The notes below the pieces were generated by a model, which saw nothing but the letters and a program-made list of their open reading frames with translations, did not search any database and was not told where the DNA came from. A stretch of 64,000 nt of DNA from an uncultured bacterium. Its GTDB lineage: Bacteria > Babelota > Babeliae > Babelales > Babelaceae. Position 1 is the stretch's first letter. Every line of letters begins with the position of its first letter. The stretch lies in assembly GCA_963819815.1 (NCBI GenBank), contig CAWFXL010000001.1:1216001-1280000 (forward strand), written 5' to 3'. The translations under genes and the position numbers were made by a program. Positions 39,389 to 48,998 of the stretch are shown here, piece after piece.

Positions 39389-39394
39389 GACCCC

Positions 39395-40003
39395 TTACGC
39401 GATGCTCGTTATCATCGGTTTCCAGCCTACTTTATCAATAATAAAGCAGTCTCTGCAACGCGCTTGATATACATCTTGCGCTCCGATTAATACAATCGGG
39501 TCATCAAACTTAGCGGCGCGTCCATCGATAAGTCTCTGGCTATAGTGAGCATCATTGCCACAGGTCATACAGACTGCATACAATTTGGTGATGCGGTCGG
39601 CAATCGCTAGAAGTGGAGGAATAGGCCCAAAGGGTACCCCTCTAAAATCTAAATCGAGTCCAGCTGCAATAACCTTTTTTCCCTCTTCGACAAGATCAAG
39701 AATGGTGCGTACGATTTCAGGAGAGAAGAATTGTGCTTCATCGATTGCGATGATCTGCGTTTCTTCATTAATAAATTGTTTGATGTCCTCAGGATTATCT
39801 ATGGCGATCGCCTTAAGCTTGTCACCATTATGCGTGCTAATAAAATCTATTGACACGCGGTCATCAAATCGATGCTTGAAGACAGTAATTTTAAGATTAG
39901 CTAGCTCTGCACGCCGAATGCGTCGGATAAGTTCTTCTGATTTGCCAGAAAACATTGATCCAGAGATTACTTCTAATCTCCCTTTTATAGAGCGTTTTGT
40001 CAT
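39395..40003 (-). CDS. tdk: Thymidine kinase
   Basis: GSMFSGKSEEL, IDEAQFF, AGLDLDFRG, C-terminal Zn-binding Cys pairs. Confidence 0.96.
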   Translation of the reverse strand: MTKRSIKGRLEVISGSMFSGKSEELIRRIRRAELANLKITVFKHRFDDRVSIDFISTHNGDKLKAIAIDNPEDIKQFINEETQIIAIDEAQFFSPEIVRTILDLVEEGKKVIAAGLDLDFRGVPFGPIPPLLAIADRITKLYAVCMTCGNDAHYSQRLIDGRAAKFDDPIVLIGAQDVYQARCRDCFIIDKVGWKPMITSIA

Positions 40004-40124
40004 GATGCATTCCCCCGTCCCCCTTCAGCCCTGTATTATTTCTTGTAGGATAGCATGAAACAGATGCTCTGAGAATAGGATTTTGCTAATTATGAATATT
40101 GTTTGCTGTGAAGATCTAGAATGG

Positions 40125-41078
40125 CTATTGGATGTAACCAGCTGCGATGAGGCGAGAAACGGCATCTTCTTGAATGAGAGCTTTCTGAAGGTACTCATAC
40201 TTCGTGGTAATATAGAGTTCACGTTCGTCGGTATACCAGAAAGCATTTTTCATATCCTGAAGAGCTGTTGAGGCAAGATCAAAGAATGAAGGTTCGAGCT
40301 CAGGTCCTGCAAGTGAAAGGAAATAGGCATAACGATGAAGAAGGATCCAATAAAGATCATCAAGCATCTCTCGATCAACAATCGCATGTTGTGCACAGAG
40401 ATCAAGGCGATGACCGATTGCTATCATACAGTGCCAGGTATCTTCTTGATTGTAGGGACTCCAAACGAGTAACTGTAATGCTTGTGATAAGAAATAATGC
40501 ATGACATGTTGCAGTTCCCGAACCGATATATCCTGTTTTTCAAAAGGATCTATGAGAGTATATAATTGAGCTGATAATTCCGTAAGGGCTTCATCAGGTT
40601 CACTCCGAAGCAAATCGAACCTATCTGCCAGGTAGGCACCAATAGTTCTTTTAAATGCTTCTATGATAGTGTTTCTATCTGCTTCTGCATCGGTATAAGG
40701 TGCCGCATAGGTTATAAGATCATCTAAAAAGCTGCAAAAAGCATATGAATTAATATAGCTAATGTCTTGGAGCTTAAGCGAGAATAGACCAACCCCTTTG
40801 CGGATGAAGCGGCGTGGGTGGGGATGCTTTGGCGCTAGGCTAATAATTTGGCTAACGTGAGCAAAGTTTAAAGCCAAAAAATCTTGTCCGTAATGAGGGT
40901 GATTGAAAATGTTCTTGAGAAAATAGCTGATGCTTTCTCGTGAATAGGTAAGAGGTCGTGAAAAATCTCCCTGCATGGTAATAGATGGATTAGCATAACT
41001 TTTTTTGCTATCTTCTGAGAGAATAGTAGAAAAATACAGTGTGCTTACTAAGGCGCATGTGATTAAGCTACGGTTCAT
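40125..41078 (-). CDS. Hypothetical protein (helical, signal-like N-terminus)
   Basis: Long ORF; GGAG RBS before the ATG at 41078. Confidence 0.7.
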   Translation of the reverse strand: MNRSLITCALVSTLYFSTILSEDSKKSYANPSITMQGDFSRPLTYSRESISYFLKNIFNHPHYGQDFLALNFAHVSQIISLAPKHPHPRRFIRKGVGLFSLKLQDISYINSYAFCSFLDDLITYAAPYTDAEADRNTIIEAFKRTIGAYLADRFDLLRSEPDEALTELSAQLYTLIDPFEKQDISVRELQHVMHYFLSQALQLLVWSPYNQEDTWHCMIAIGHRLDLCAQHAIVDREMLDDLYWILLHRYAYFLSLAGPELEPSFFDLASTALQDMKNAFWYTDERELYITTKYEYLQKALIQEDAVSRLIAAGYIQ

Positions 41079-41214
41079 AAAATAAGCTCCAAAGATACTC
41101 AAAAAGCTGTGTATTCACTATACTGCTCGTTTATAGTACCATTAAGGGAACGACAGATCAAGCAGCAAATAATGGTCTTGGTGGTGAGCAATTTTGATCA
41201 ACTAAAAGGAAGAG

Positions 41215-42438
41215 ATGGCGATATACAATTATCAGGCGGTATCGCGCGAGGGGAAAAAAGTATCAGGGCAGATTGATGCTTCAACCACTCAAGGTGCGCG
41301 AGAGCTTTTGGTAAAACAGGGCTTATTTCCTACTCGTGTCATATTAGCAGCTGATGAGAGAGCTGAAGAGCCATGGTATCGTAAACTTTTTAGACGTGAA
41401 ATTAGTTTAAAAGACAAAATATTCTTTTCAAAACAACTTGCCGTTCTTTTGCGTTCGGGAATCCCTTTAGTACAAGCTCTTGAATTATTGGTGGAGCAAT
41501 CGACGGGTCCTCTTAATAGAGTTGTCATAACGTTACGTGATGGAATTAAAGAAGGTCGCTCATTAGCAGATGGGCTCGCGCGGTACCCTGCAACCTTTGA
41601 TTCGATTTATGTACAGCTTGTTCGAGCAGGTGAAGCAACGGGGAACTTAGAAACAATTTTAGATCGCTTGACCGAATTTCTTGAGCGCCGAGAAGAGCTC
41701 AGGAAAAAAGTTATTAGCGCATTGAGATATCCCCTATTTCAGTTGGGAGTCGTTGTACTCGTTGTATTGGTACTGCTGAGCTTTGTTGTGCCACAAATTG
41801 CCTCGGTATTTCAAGGTCAAAATATTGCCTTACCACTACCTACAAGGATTCTGATTGGTATGTCTAATTTTATTCTGAACCATTATATTATCTTAGGTCT
41901 GATTATTGGCACTTTGGTAGGATTATTTTTATTTTGGAAGTCGACACCAAATGGTGCCTATACGATTGACGTGTGGAAATTGAAACTGCCTTTAGTGGGC
42001 TATTTTTCTCGTACGAATGCTATCGTGCAGTTTACTCGCACGCTTGGGATGCTTGTTGAGGGAGGAGTTAATTTGGCTGAAGCTCTTAACATTGTCGTAA
42101 AAATAGTTGATAATAAGGTGCTCAGCAATGCACTTGAAAAGGCACGTGAGAATATTATCAAGCAAGGAAAGATCGCCCAGTATTTGAATGAGACGCGTTT
42201 GTTTCCACCTGTGGCGATACATCTTATTAATACAGGAGAGCAGAGTGGTGAACTTGGGCCTATGCTTAATACTGTAGCTCGGTATTATGAAGATGACTTA
42301 CGTGAGCGCTCTGATGCATTATCAGAGCTCCTTGGCCCTGCAATGCTTATAGTAATGTTTGTAGTAGTAGGATTTGTGATAGCATCGGTTATGTTACCGA
42401 TTCAGCAAATGCAAAGTGTGGCAGAAAATCTGCGCTAA
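41215..42438 (+). CDS. gspF: Type II secretion / type IV pilus platform protein GspF/PilC
   Basis: QLAVLLRSGIPL, AGEATGNLE, ALRYP, GEQSGEL. Confidence 0.93.
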   Translation: MAIYNYQAVSREGKKVSGQIDASTTQGARELLVKQGLFPTRVILAADERAEEPWYRKLFRREISLKDKIFFSKQLAVLLRSGIPLVQALELLVEQSTGPLNRVVITLRDGIKEGRSLADGLARYPATFDSIYVQLVRAGEATGNLETILDRLTEFLERREELRKKVISALRYPLFQLGVVVLVVLVLLSFVVPQIASVFQGQNIALPLPTRILIGMSNFILNHYIILGLIIGTLVGLFLFWKSTPNGAYTIDVWKLKLPLVGYFSRTNAIVQFTRTLGMLVEGGVNLAEALNIVVKIVDNKVLSNALEKARENIIKQGKIAQYLNETRLFPPVAIHLINTGEQSGELGPMLNTVARYYEDDLRERSDALSELLGPAMLIVMFVVVGFVIASVMLPIQQMQSVAENLR

Positions 42439-42456
42439 TTAACGAAAGGAATTTGT

Positions 42457-42897
42457 ATGACTCATTCATCCTCTCCTATGAGAAAGCGAAAGCTCTCAAA
42501 TCGTTCAGGATTCACCATCATTGAGATTATGATTGTGTTTATGATCATAGGTATTATTGCAGCGGGTGCCTTCGGTGGTATGCGCTATTTGCAACGCGTA
42601 AAAGAATCTACCACCCGTACAAGACTTGCTGCGGTTGATACTATGATTGAACAGTACCATACTACGGTAGGAGCCTATCCTGCGGAACTCCAAGAGCTTG
42701 TAGATGGCCCTTCTCAGCCCCAATTGCAAAAACGTTGGGGTGAACCAATTGCAACACAAGATGAGCTCAAGGATGCTTGGCAGCAAGAATTTGTATATGC
42801 AGCGGCGCCAAAAGGATCGAGACCTCCTTATGAGTTATACTCAATAGGTTCAAAAGGCGATGCTCATATTTACTCGCCTCGTTCTCAGGAAGCTTAG
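42457..42897 (+). CDS. gspG: Major pseudopilin GspG-like
   Basis: Prepilin site G|FTIIEI; YP..LQELV; DAWQQEFVY; YELYSIG. Confidence 0.85.
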   Translation: MTHSSSPMRKRKLSNRSGFTIIEIMIVFMIIGIIAAGAFGGMRYLQRVKESTTRTRLAAVDTMIEQYHTTVGAYPAELQELVDGPSQPQLQKRWGEPIATQDELKDAWQQEFVYAAAPKGSRPPYELYSIGSKGDAHIYSPRSQEA

Positions 42898-42904
42898 AGC
42901 TCCT

Positions 42905-43375
42905 ATGCAGCGCAGTGGGTTTACGATTATAGAGATCATGGTTGTTATTATCCTTATCGGGATAATAACAACCATTGGCTTACCTCGGTTTTTGCATTCC
43001 CGTGTTCCGATTGCGCAAAGTTTTATGCATCAAGTTAATCTCCTGGTGACCGACGCCGTTGCTTACGCTCAAAAAGAGGGAGAGCCATGCCGTATTTTTT
43101 TTAATCTGGGTGCACAAGAAGTAGAACTTCAAACAGCTCAGGGCAAGCGAGTAGGGGGTTCCCTTGAGATACCTTCTGTGCTCCAAGTTACCGATGTAGT
43201 TATTAATGGGGAAAGTCAATTCCAAGCCGGTAGTGGTAAAACATTTTATTTCTTAGTCAATCCAGAGGGAATGAGTCAGGAAGTACACCTTACTCTTGAA
43301 GAAAAAAAAGGTTCAACGACGAGGTCCTATACGTTTTATTTGAACCCTTTTTTGACGAGCTTTAGAGTGGCTTGA
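42905..43375 (+). CDS. Minor pseudopilin GspH-like
   Basis: G|FTIIEIMVV. Confidence 0.8.
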   Translation: MQRSGFTIIEIMVVIILIGIITTIGLPRFLHSRVPIAQSFMHQVNLLVTDAVAYAQKEGEPCRIFFNLGAQEVELQTAQGKRVGGSLEIPSVLQVTDVVINGESQFQAGSGKTFYFLVNPEGMSQEVHLTLEEKKGSTTRSYTFYLNPFLTSFRVA

Positions 43376-43476
43376 GTACGGTTGTCTTATTGTTGTCTGC
43401 AGCTATCGACGGTTGACGTTATACTGCGATGGGATAAGCTATTGTAATCTCCTGTTTGTTGTATGAAAGAGTTGCT

Positions 43477-43875
43477 ATGAAATCAGCAAAATCCGGTTTA
43501 AGTTTTGTAGAGGTCATTATTGCAGTACTTATGTTGGGTATTGCAACAACGTCACTCGTTGGTTTGCAGGGAGTGCTTATACGCGGAGTGTTTTCTGCAC
43601 ATGCACTTATTGATCGCCTCGGTTTTATACGGAGTTATTTTGTTGAAATTGATAGAGATCGTCTTTTCGCAACAGCAACTTCTCCTCAAAAAGTGATCGA
43701 TGATCCTTCTTTAGTCATGAACTATTCTCAAAAAAAACCGGTTTCAAAAGCATTAGCATCTCAGACCCATTTGATTGTTGAGCATATAGAGGCTCAGTGG
43801 CCAACACCGTTTGGTACACGCAAAGATTCATTTGCGCGAGTCTCATTTAGGCCTCAAAAAGAGAAGAAACCATGA
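43477..43875 (+). CDS. Minor pseudopilin GspI-like
   Basis: G|LSFVEVIIA. Confidence 0.75.
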   Translation: MKSAKSGLSFVEVIIAVLMLGIATTSLVGLQGVLIRGVFSAHALIDRLGFIRSYFVEIDRDRLFATATSPQKVIDDPSLVMNYSQKKPVSKALASQTHLIVEHIEAQWPTPFGTRKDSFARVSFRPQKEKKP

Positions 43876-44795
43876 GAAAAGGGTTTACGGTTATAGAGGT
43901 AGTTCTCGCACTGTTTTTTGCGTCACTTATCTCATTAAGTCTCTTTCAACTTCTTAATCAAGTGCGCCGAGGAGTAAAAAGAATCGTGAATGTTATTGAA
44001 GTAGATGCGCCTCTCATGAGCTTTTATAATCAGGTGGAAAAAGATGTGACAGGAATGTTTGCTCCTTTTAGCTCGATTGAAGTCTACTCACAAAAAGATA
44101 AAGCCGCATCGAAGGAAAAAGATCGTAAAAAAGTACCTTTTGTTCCACAAAAAGATGAAGCGGGACGTACCTCAAAACCTATTGAGCATGTTTTTGAGCT
44201 TGATGTTGCGACTCAAACTTTTTTCTGGTCCTTTATTACAACCGGGGGTATTCAAGTACTTGATGCGAGTGGCAATGTCACTCCCGTGCCCTTTGTACGG
44301 CGCGTTGCCTATGTATTAGAGCAGGATCCAGACAGACAAGGACAGTTCAGGCTACTATACCGTTTTAGCGGTACCCAACTAGAACTCTCTGCTTTTAAAG
44401 ATTCAAATTTTAAGCCCACCTATGAACTGATCTCAGGCATTAAATCTTTCAATATAGAGCTGAGCCTACTCGAAGTTGCTGAAAAAGAGGCTAAAAAATC
44501 TGAGCCTTCCAAAGGTAAAGAACAGGAAGATGAAGGGAAAAAAGCTGGTCAGACTGTTGTTGCTTCACACACAATTACGGTTAAAGAGTGGCGACGTGAT
44601 GAGATTTGGAGTAAATATAAGACGCTTATTCCTGCCTATGTTAAATTATCAGGCGTGCGCGCTGATCTTACGGGGATAGAGTATCCTTTTGTTATCGTAA
44701 ATAAAGTATATGCGTATAGTCCTTATGTAGAAAAAGAAAAGTCGCTCTTTGAAGCGCTTGAAGATATTGCGAAAAATATATGGAAGAAAAAGTAA
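43872..44795 (+). CDS. Minor pseudopilin GspJ-like
   Basis: G|FTVIEVVLAL; RRVAY; IPAYVKL. Confidence 0.78.
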   Translation: MRKGFTVIEVVLALFFASLISLSLFQLLNQVRRGVKRIVNVIEVDAPLMSFYNQVEKDVTGMFAPFSSIEVYSQKDKAASKEKDRKKVPFVPQKDEAGRTSKPIEHVFELDVATQTFFWSFITTGGIQVLDASGNVTPVPFVRRVAYVLEQDPDRQGQFRLLYRFSGTQLELSAFKDSNFKPTYELISGIKSFNIELSLLEVAEKEAKKSEPSKGKEQEDEGKKAGQTVVASHTITVKEWRRDEIWSKYKTLIPAYVKLSGVRADLTGIEYPFVIVNKVYAYSPYVEKEKSLFEALEDIAKNIWKKK

Positions 44796-45898
44796 CTCAT
44801 TCAGCCAGACCGGGCTATATTATTCTTTTAACGCTCATGGTTATAGCAGCGATTGTCGCACTTTTAACAACGGTGGTGCAACAGTCATTTAGCTATCAAC
44901 GCCAAGCGCGCATCTCAATTGAGAAGGCTCGTGCTCGTATGCTTGCATTAAGCTCGCTTGAAATTGCGATGAGCCAACTTTCTACGGTAGTGATTGAGGA
45001 TGAAGCTCAAAAGAAAGAGCCTAAGAAAGAGCAAAAGTCTGAAAAAAATGAGACCAAGGACGTACTCGAGCCGGTGCAAAAGTGGCTCTTAAAAGTTCTT
45101 CCGTCTATTAATCATTGGCAGACAGTCACTCTTGAGGAAGAAGGGCTTGAGGGTACCGTACAATTATACCTTGCATGCGAGGATGGTAAGTTTAATTTAG
45201 CTGCATTTAAGCAGCAAAGTATGCCTGAAAAAGAGGCTCCTAAGGAACCTCAGGAAGATGAGGAACCGAAGAATGAGCAGAAAAAGAAACCTGAGAAGAG
45301 CAAAGAAAAAGGGGCATTAGAGGCCCTTGATGAACTCTTTAAGAAGGTTGGCGACGTAAGCATGTATGAAGCCTTTAAAAGATTTATGACCGATTATAAT
45401 AGGTTACCTGAAGATCCTACAGAGCTTCTACGTATTTCGTATTTTGCTCAATTAAAAGATCGACTATTTACGCCACTTAAACAAGATCAGCGGGGATTAT
45501 ATATCATGGATCTTTTTACTTTTAGGCCACAAGCTACTGAAAAAGTAAATCCTTGGTTGCTTACTGCCTCAGCTAAAACGTTACTCGGGATTCAGGAAAA
45601 AAAAGGTGCTACAGACAATGCAGAATTGGTAAAAAAGATTAAGCCTGAGATGAATTGGGAGACTGATTGGGATGAGATTTTAGGACCACGGTATGGTAAG
45701 AATTTTGCTGCTTTTGATCCTGCAATTCAAAAGGTCTTTGCTTCTGCATTTGAAGCAACGGCATTTTCTGTGGTATCTTATTGCACGGTAGGTACAGTTA
45801 CACAACGCCTTTATGCAGTACTTGAGGTAACACAGCCGAATAAGGAACTCTCGCCAAAGAGTGTGATATTTAAAGTAACAAAACTCTATTGGTTGTGA
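44780..45898 (+). CDS. Pseudopilin GspK-like
   Basis: G|YIILLTL without E+5; EDGKFNL; KVNP; last pilin-like gene of the cluster. Confidence 0.72.
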   Translation: MEEKVTHSARPGYIILLTLMVIAAIVALLTTVVQQSFSYQRQARISIEKARARMLALSSLEIAMSQLSTVVIEDEAQKKEPKKEQKSEKNETKDVLEPVQKWLLKVLPSINHWQTVTLEEEGLEGTVQLYLACEDGKFNLAAFKQQSMPEKEAPKEPQEDEEPKNEQKKKPEKSKEKGALEALDELFKKVGDVSMYEAFKRFMTDYNRLPEDPTELLRISYFAQLKDRLFTPLKQDQRGLYIMDLFTFRPQATEKVNPWLLTASAKTLLGIQEKKGATDNAELVKKIKPEMNWETDWDEILGPRYGKNFAAFDPAIQKVFASAFEATAFSVVSYCTVGTVTQRLYAVLEVTQPNKELSPKSVIFKVTKLYWL

Positions 45899-45914
45899 AC
45901 AAAGGAAGGCCCAC

Positions 45915-47264
45915 GTGTATTTTAAAACAGAAACCTTAGTTGGTGCATTTATACTTCTTGCGCTGAGCCTGTTTATGTATATGAGTTTTCAATTGGGCAG
46001 TGTGCGCCTTAATTTAGCACGATATGCAACCTATACGGTTGCCTTTAAGGATGTTGCTTCCTTACTCCCTAAAGCCGATATCAAAATTTCAGGTGTCAAA
46101 GTTGGGTGGGTTGAGTCGGTATATCTTGATCCTGAGGATATGCGGGTAAAAGTTATCGTTAAGGTATTAAAAGACTATAAGCTCTATAGGGATGCTACTG
46201 CTATTATTCGGCAAGAAGGTCTTCTTGGTGTCAAATATCTTGAAATGATGCCGGGTACCGCTGAAGCTGGACGAATTCCCGCAGGTGGTATGTTGCAGTA
46301 CCAAGAACACCCTACGGGCGGCATGGACGAGCTCTTTACCAGTGTTACGGCGTTAGCAAAACAGATTGAACGACTTGGTACCTCATTGGAGGAATCTACG
46401 CATGAAGCTCGAGAGCTTCTGCAAGAGATTCGATCTCGTCTTTCATTAATCGATACCGTATTTACTGATATAGGTAAAGCGAGTGATGTCTTTCAAGAGA
46501 CAGCTGAGATAGTTAAGCAAGCGAGTAAGCAAGTGGCTGAACTTTTAGATATTGGAGAAGTCTCGAAAAAGGATGCGAGTACTTTGGTTAAGAAACTTAC
46601 CCAAGGGCAAGGGAGCCTCACGAAACTGCTTGCCGATGACCAACTCTATACTGATATTAAATGTACTTCAGATTATGCACGAAACTGCATCGAACGTGTA
46701 AGAAACATAGGGGTAGGAATTGATAGTCACCTCGAAATATTGCCCCATGCCTATCGTGAGCATGAGGGGAGAAAGACCGATGTTAAATGGTATGGTGAAG
46801 GATACGTTGCCTCTTGTTCTGGGGTATTTGGTAAGTTAGGATTAACGTATTCAAGTAGGGGGTATGCCAAATATGATGGAATTGCTTTCTTCGATGATCA
46901 GGTACTGATCCATGGCCATCGCAATGGGATTCGGTTAAATCTACAAGTTGGTAAATATTGGCATCCCTATGGCGCGGTGCGTGCGGGAATTTTTGAGGGG
47001 ACTGCAGGTCTGGGAGCTGATTGGTGGATTTGGTATGATCGTGTTAAGTGGCTCACCACGTTTGAGATATTCGATTTTAGAGGCTATAACCGATTTGACC
47101 AGGATCGGCGACCACATCTTAAATGGCTCAATAGGGTATTCTTTTCAGATAATCTGTATCTGACCTTTGGTGCAGATGATTTTATAAGTCGCTGCAATAA
47201 GAGCGGCTTTATTGGCTTTGGTGCTTATTTCACCGTGCCAGATCTTTTTAGAAGTTGTGCGTAA
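45915..47264 (+). CDS. MCE/MlaD-family protein with a helical linker and a beta-strand-rich C-terminus
   Basis: ETLVGAF TM; IKISGVKVGWV; GLLGVKYLE. Confidence 0.85.
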   Translation: MYFKTETLVGAFILLALSLFMYMSFQLGSVRLNLARYATYTVAFKDVASLLPKADIKISGVKVGWVESVYLDPEDMRVKVIVKVLKDYKLYRDATAIIRQEGLLGVKYLEMMPGTAEAGRIPAGGMLQYQEHPTGGMDELFTSVTALAKQIERLGTSLEESTHEARELLQEIRSRLSLIDTVFTDIGKASDVFQETAEIVKQASKQVAELLDIGEVSKKDASTLVKKLTQGQGSLTKLLADDQLYTDIKCTSDYARNCIERVRNIGVGIDSHLEILPHAYREHEGRKTDVKWYGEGYVASCSGVFGKLGLTYSSRGYAKYDGIAFFDDQVLIHGHRNGIRLNLQVGKYWHPYGAVRAGIFEGTAGLGADWWIWYDRVKWLTTFEIFDFRGYNRFDQDRRPHLKWLNRVFFSDNLYLTFGADDFISRCNKSGFIGFGAYFTVPDLFRSCA

Positions 47265-47420
47265 CGAGCTCCATGAACTAGATAAAAATGTATCCTCAGG
47301 ATCCTCATGGTTGGCGTTTTGCTCACTAACAATTTTTTTGTGCACTACCCTTGAACTAGGTTAATCTGACATGCTATGCTATACTACCAGTTGAAGATGC
47401 AGCTGTTTTGAAGGGGCAGT

Positions 47421-47696
47421 ATGATGTTTTTTTCTTTGTTTTCATATTTCATTATTTCTTGTCTGTTCTTATTGGGACTAATATTTGTAGATGGCTATGT
47501 GCAAGGGCCTGTCCAAATTGCACTTCGTTTAGGCATCCATATCGTATCGGTTGCTCTTTTTTTTGCTTTCTTATGGTACTTAACAACATACCTTATTCGT
47601 CCCTGCGAAATGACTCAGACTCTTGCTGGGGCAATTTCCCTTTTTGTACTCTTGGGAAGCGGGCTCTTTTATTATATCGGGCGCAAAAATATTTAA
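47421..47696 (+). CDS. Small membrane protein (3 TM)
   Basis: Hydrophobic 91-aa ORF with AAGGGG RBS. Confidence 0.5.
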   Translation: MMFFSLFSYFIISCLFLLGLIFVDGYVQGPVQIALRLGIHIVSVALFFAFLWYLTTYLIRPCEMTQTLAGAISLFVLLGSGLFYYIGRKNI

Positions 47697-47712
47697 GCAC
47701 AAGGAGGCAATT

Positions 47713-48294
47713 GTGCAAGAACGTAAAGCAGCATATCCCATTCTTGAACTTCTTAAAGATCGATGGTCGCCTAGGGCAATGGCTGGAGAGTCTTTGACTC
47801 ACAAAGAACTGTATACTCTTTTTGAAGCAGCTCGCTGGGCTCCTTCATCATTTAACAATCAGCCATGGAGCTTTGTTTACGCAGATCGTGACTCTGAGGA
47901 TTGGAATACATTTTTAGATCTACTAACTCCTCAAAATCGTAGATGGGCAGATAAGGCTGGCGTGCTTATAGTAGTTCTGTCTCGCAGTTTGTTTTTTTAT
48001 GATGACAGACCTTCTCGTACTCATAGCTTTGATACGGGAGCTGCATTAGAGAATTTGGCACTTCAGGGCTATTCAATGGGTTTTGTAGTGCATGGAATGG
48101 AAGGGTTTGATTATGAACGGGCACACCAAACACTAAAGGCTCCAAAAGAATACACCGTTGAAGCGATCTTCGCTGTTGGTAAGCGAGGCCCTCTTTCGGT
48201 ATTGCCTGAGGAACTTCAGGCGCGCGAGAAGCCATCTGATCGTAAGCCTATAGAGCAGTTTGTATTCAAAGGGATATTTGGAAAGTCGAACTAG
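47713..48294 (+). CDS. Nitroreductase family protein
   Basis: AAGGAGG then GTG 47713; RWSPRA, ARWAPSSFNNQPW, FDTGAA. Confidence 0.92.
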   Translation: MQERKAAYPILELLKDRWSPRAMAGESLTHKELYTLFEAARWAPSSFNNQPWSFVYADRDSEDWNTFLDLLTPQNRRWADKAGVLIVVLSRSLFFYDDRPSRTHSFDTGAALENLALQGYSMGFVVHGMEGFDYERAHQTLKAPKEYTVEAIFAVGKRGPLSVLPEELQAREKPSDRKPIEQFVFKGIFGKSN

Positions 48295-48382
48295 CTTTTT
48301 GAATGCATGAGAGGGGGGGACCCATTGCTTTTGAAAAAGGAATGAGGTAAGGTGAGACTAGCTAACGAACATGGGGTGAATC

Positions 48383-48991
48383 ATGAAAATAAGATACATT
48401 ATACTCATTGGACTTCTGTCGTCACGTATATATGCAATAGAAGATAAGATGATCGATTCATTAAAACGAATAGATACAGACAGAGTTAGGAAATTGCTCA
48501 TTCCAGGTTTTTTTACCGGGCCTGAAGAGAAAGAGCGCTATTTGCAAGTTGCTAAGGAGATGACCAATAGAACCCACCAAGAGCTACAGTCGCTTAGTGG
48601 ATGGGATATTATTCGTTTAGGTAAAGGTTTAAGTCAGCTTGCATTAGGTGGTGCTGCCGCTGCTGCAGCCTATTTCTATTATAAGCGGCAGTGGGACATT
48701 TCATTGTGGAGTATAGAGCCAGATAAGACGCGCAAAATTAAGGCACAAGACCTTACTGATGTGCACCATCGGTATGGTGTATATGCTGTTTTGGGATGTA
48801 TGTCTTGGTATATGCTTAGCGAGGCTATGGGACAGTTCTCTGCGATCATTGATAAGAAGGATCGTCTTGATAATCATAGATGTGCTCTTCAAAATGAAGC
48901 AGTTATTCAACGTATTCCAGTAATCGATCAGACTCCTTGTGATCAACGACCTTCTGATCATATGATCGGTGGGCGGCGAGGCGGGGGCTAG
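48383..48991 (+). CDS. Hypothetical exported/membrane protein
   Basis: Signal peptide; two hydrophobic helices. Confidence 0.7.
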   Translation: MKIRYIILIGLLSSRIYAIEDKMIDSLKRIDTDRVRKLLIPGFFTGPEEKERYLQVAKEMTNRTHQELQSLSGWDIIRLGKGLSQLALGGAAAAAAYFYYKRQWDISLWSIEPDKTRKIKAQDLTDVHHRYGVYAVLGCMSWYMLSEAMGQFSAIIDKKDRLDNHRCALQNEAVIQRIPVIDQTPCDQRPSDHMIGGRRGGG

Positions 48992-48998
48992 GTGATGC

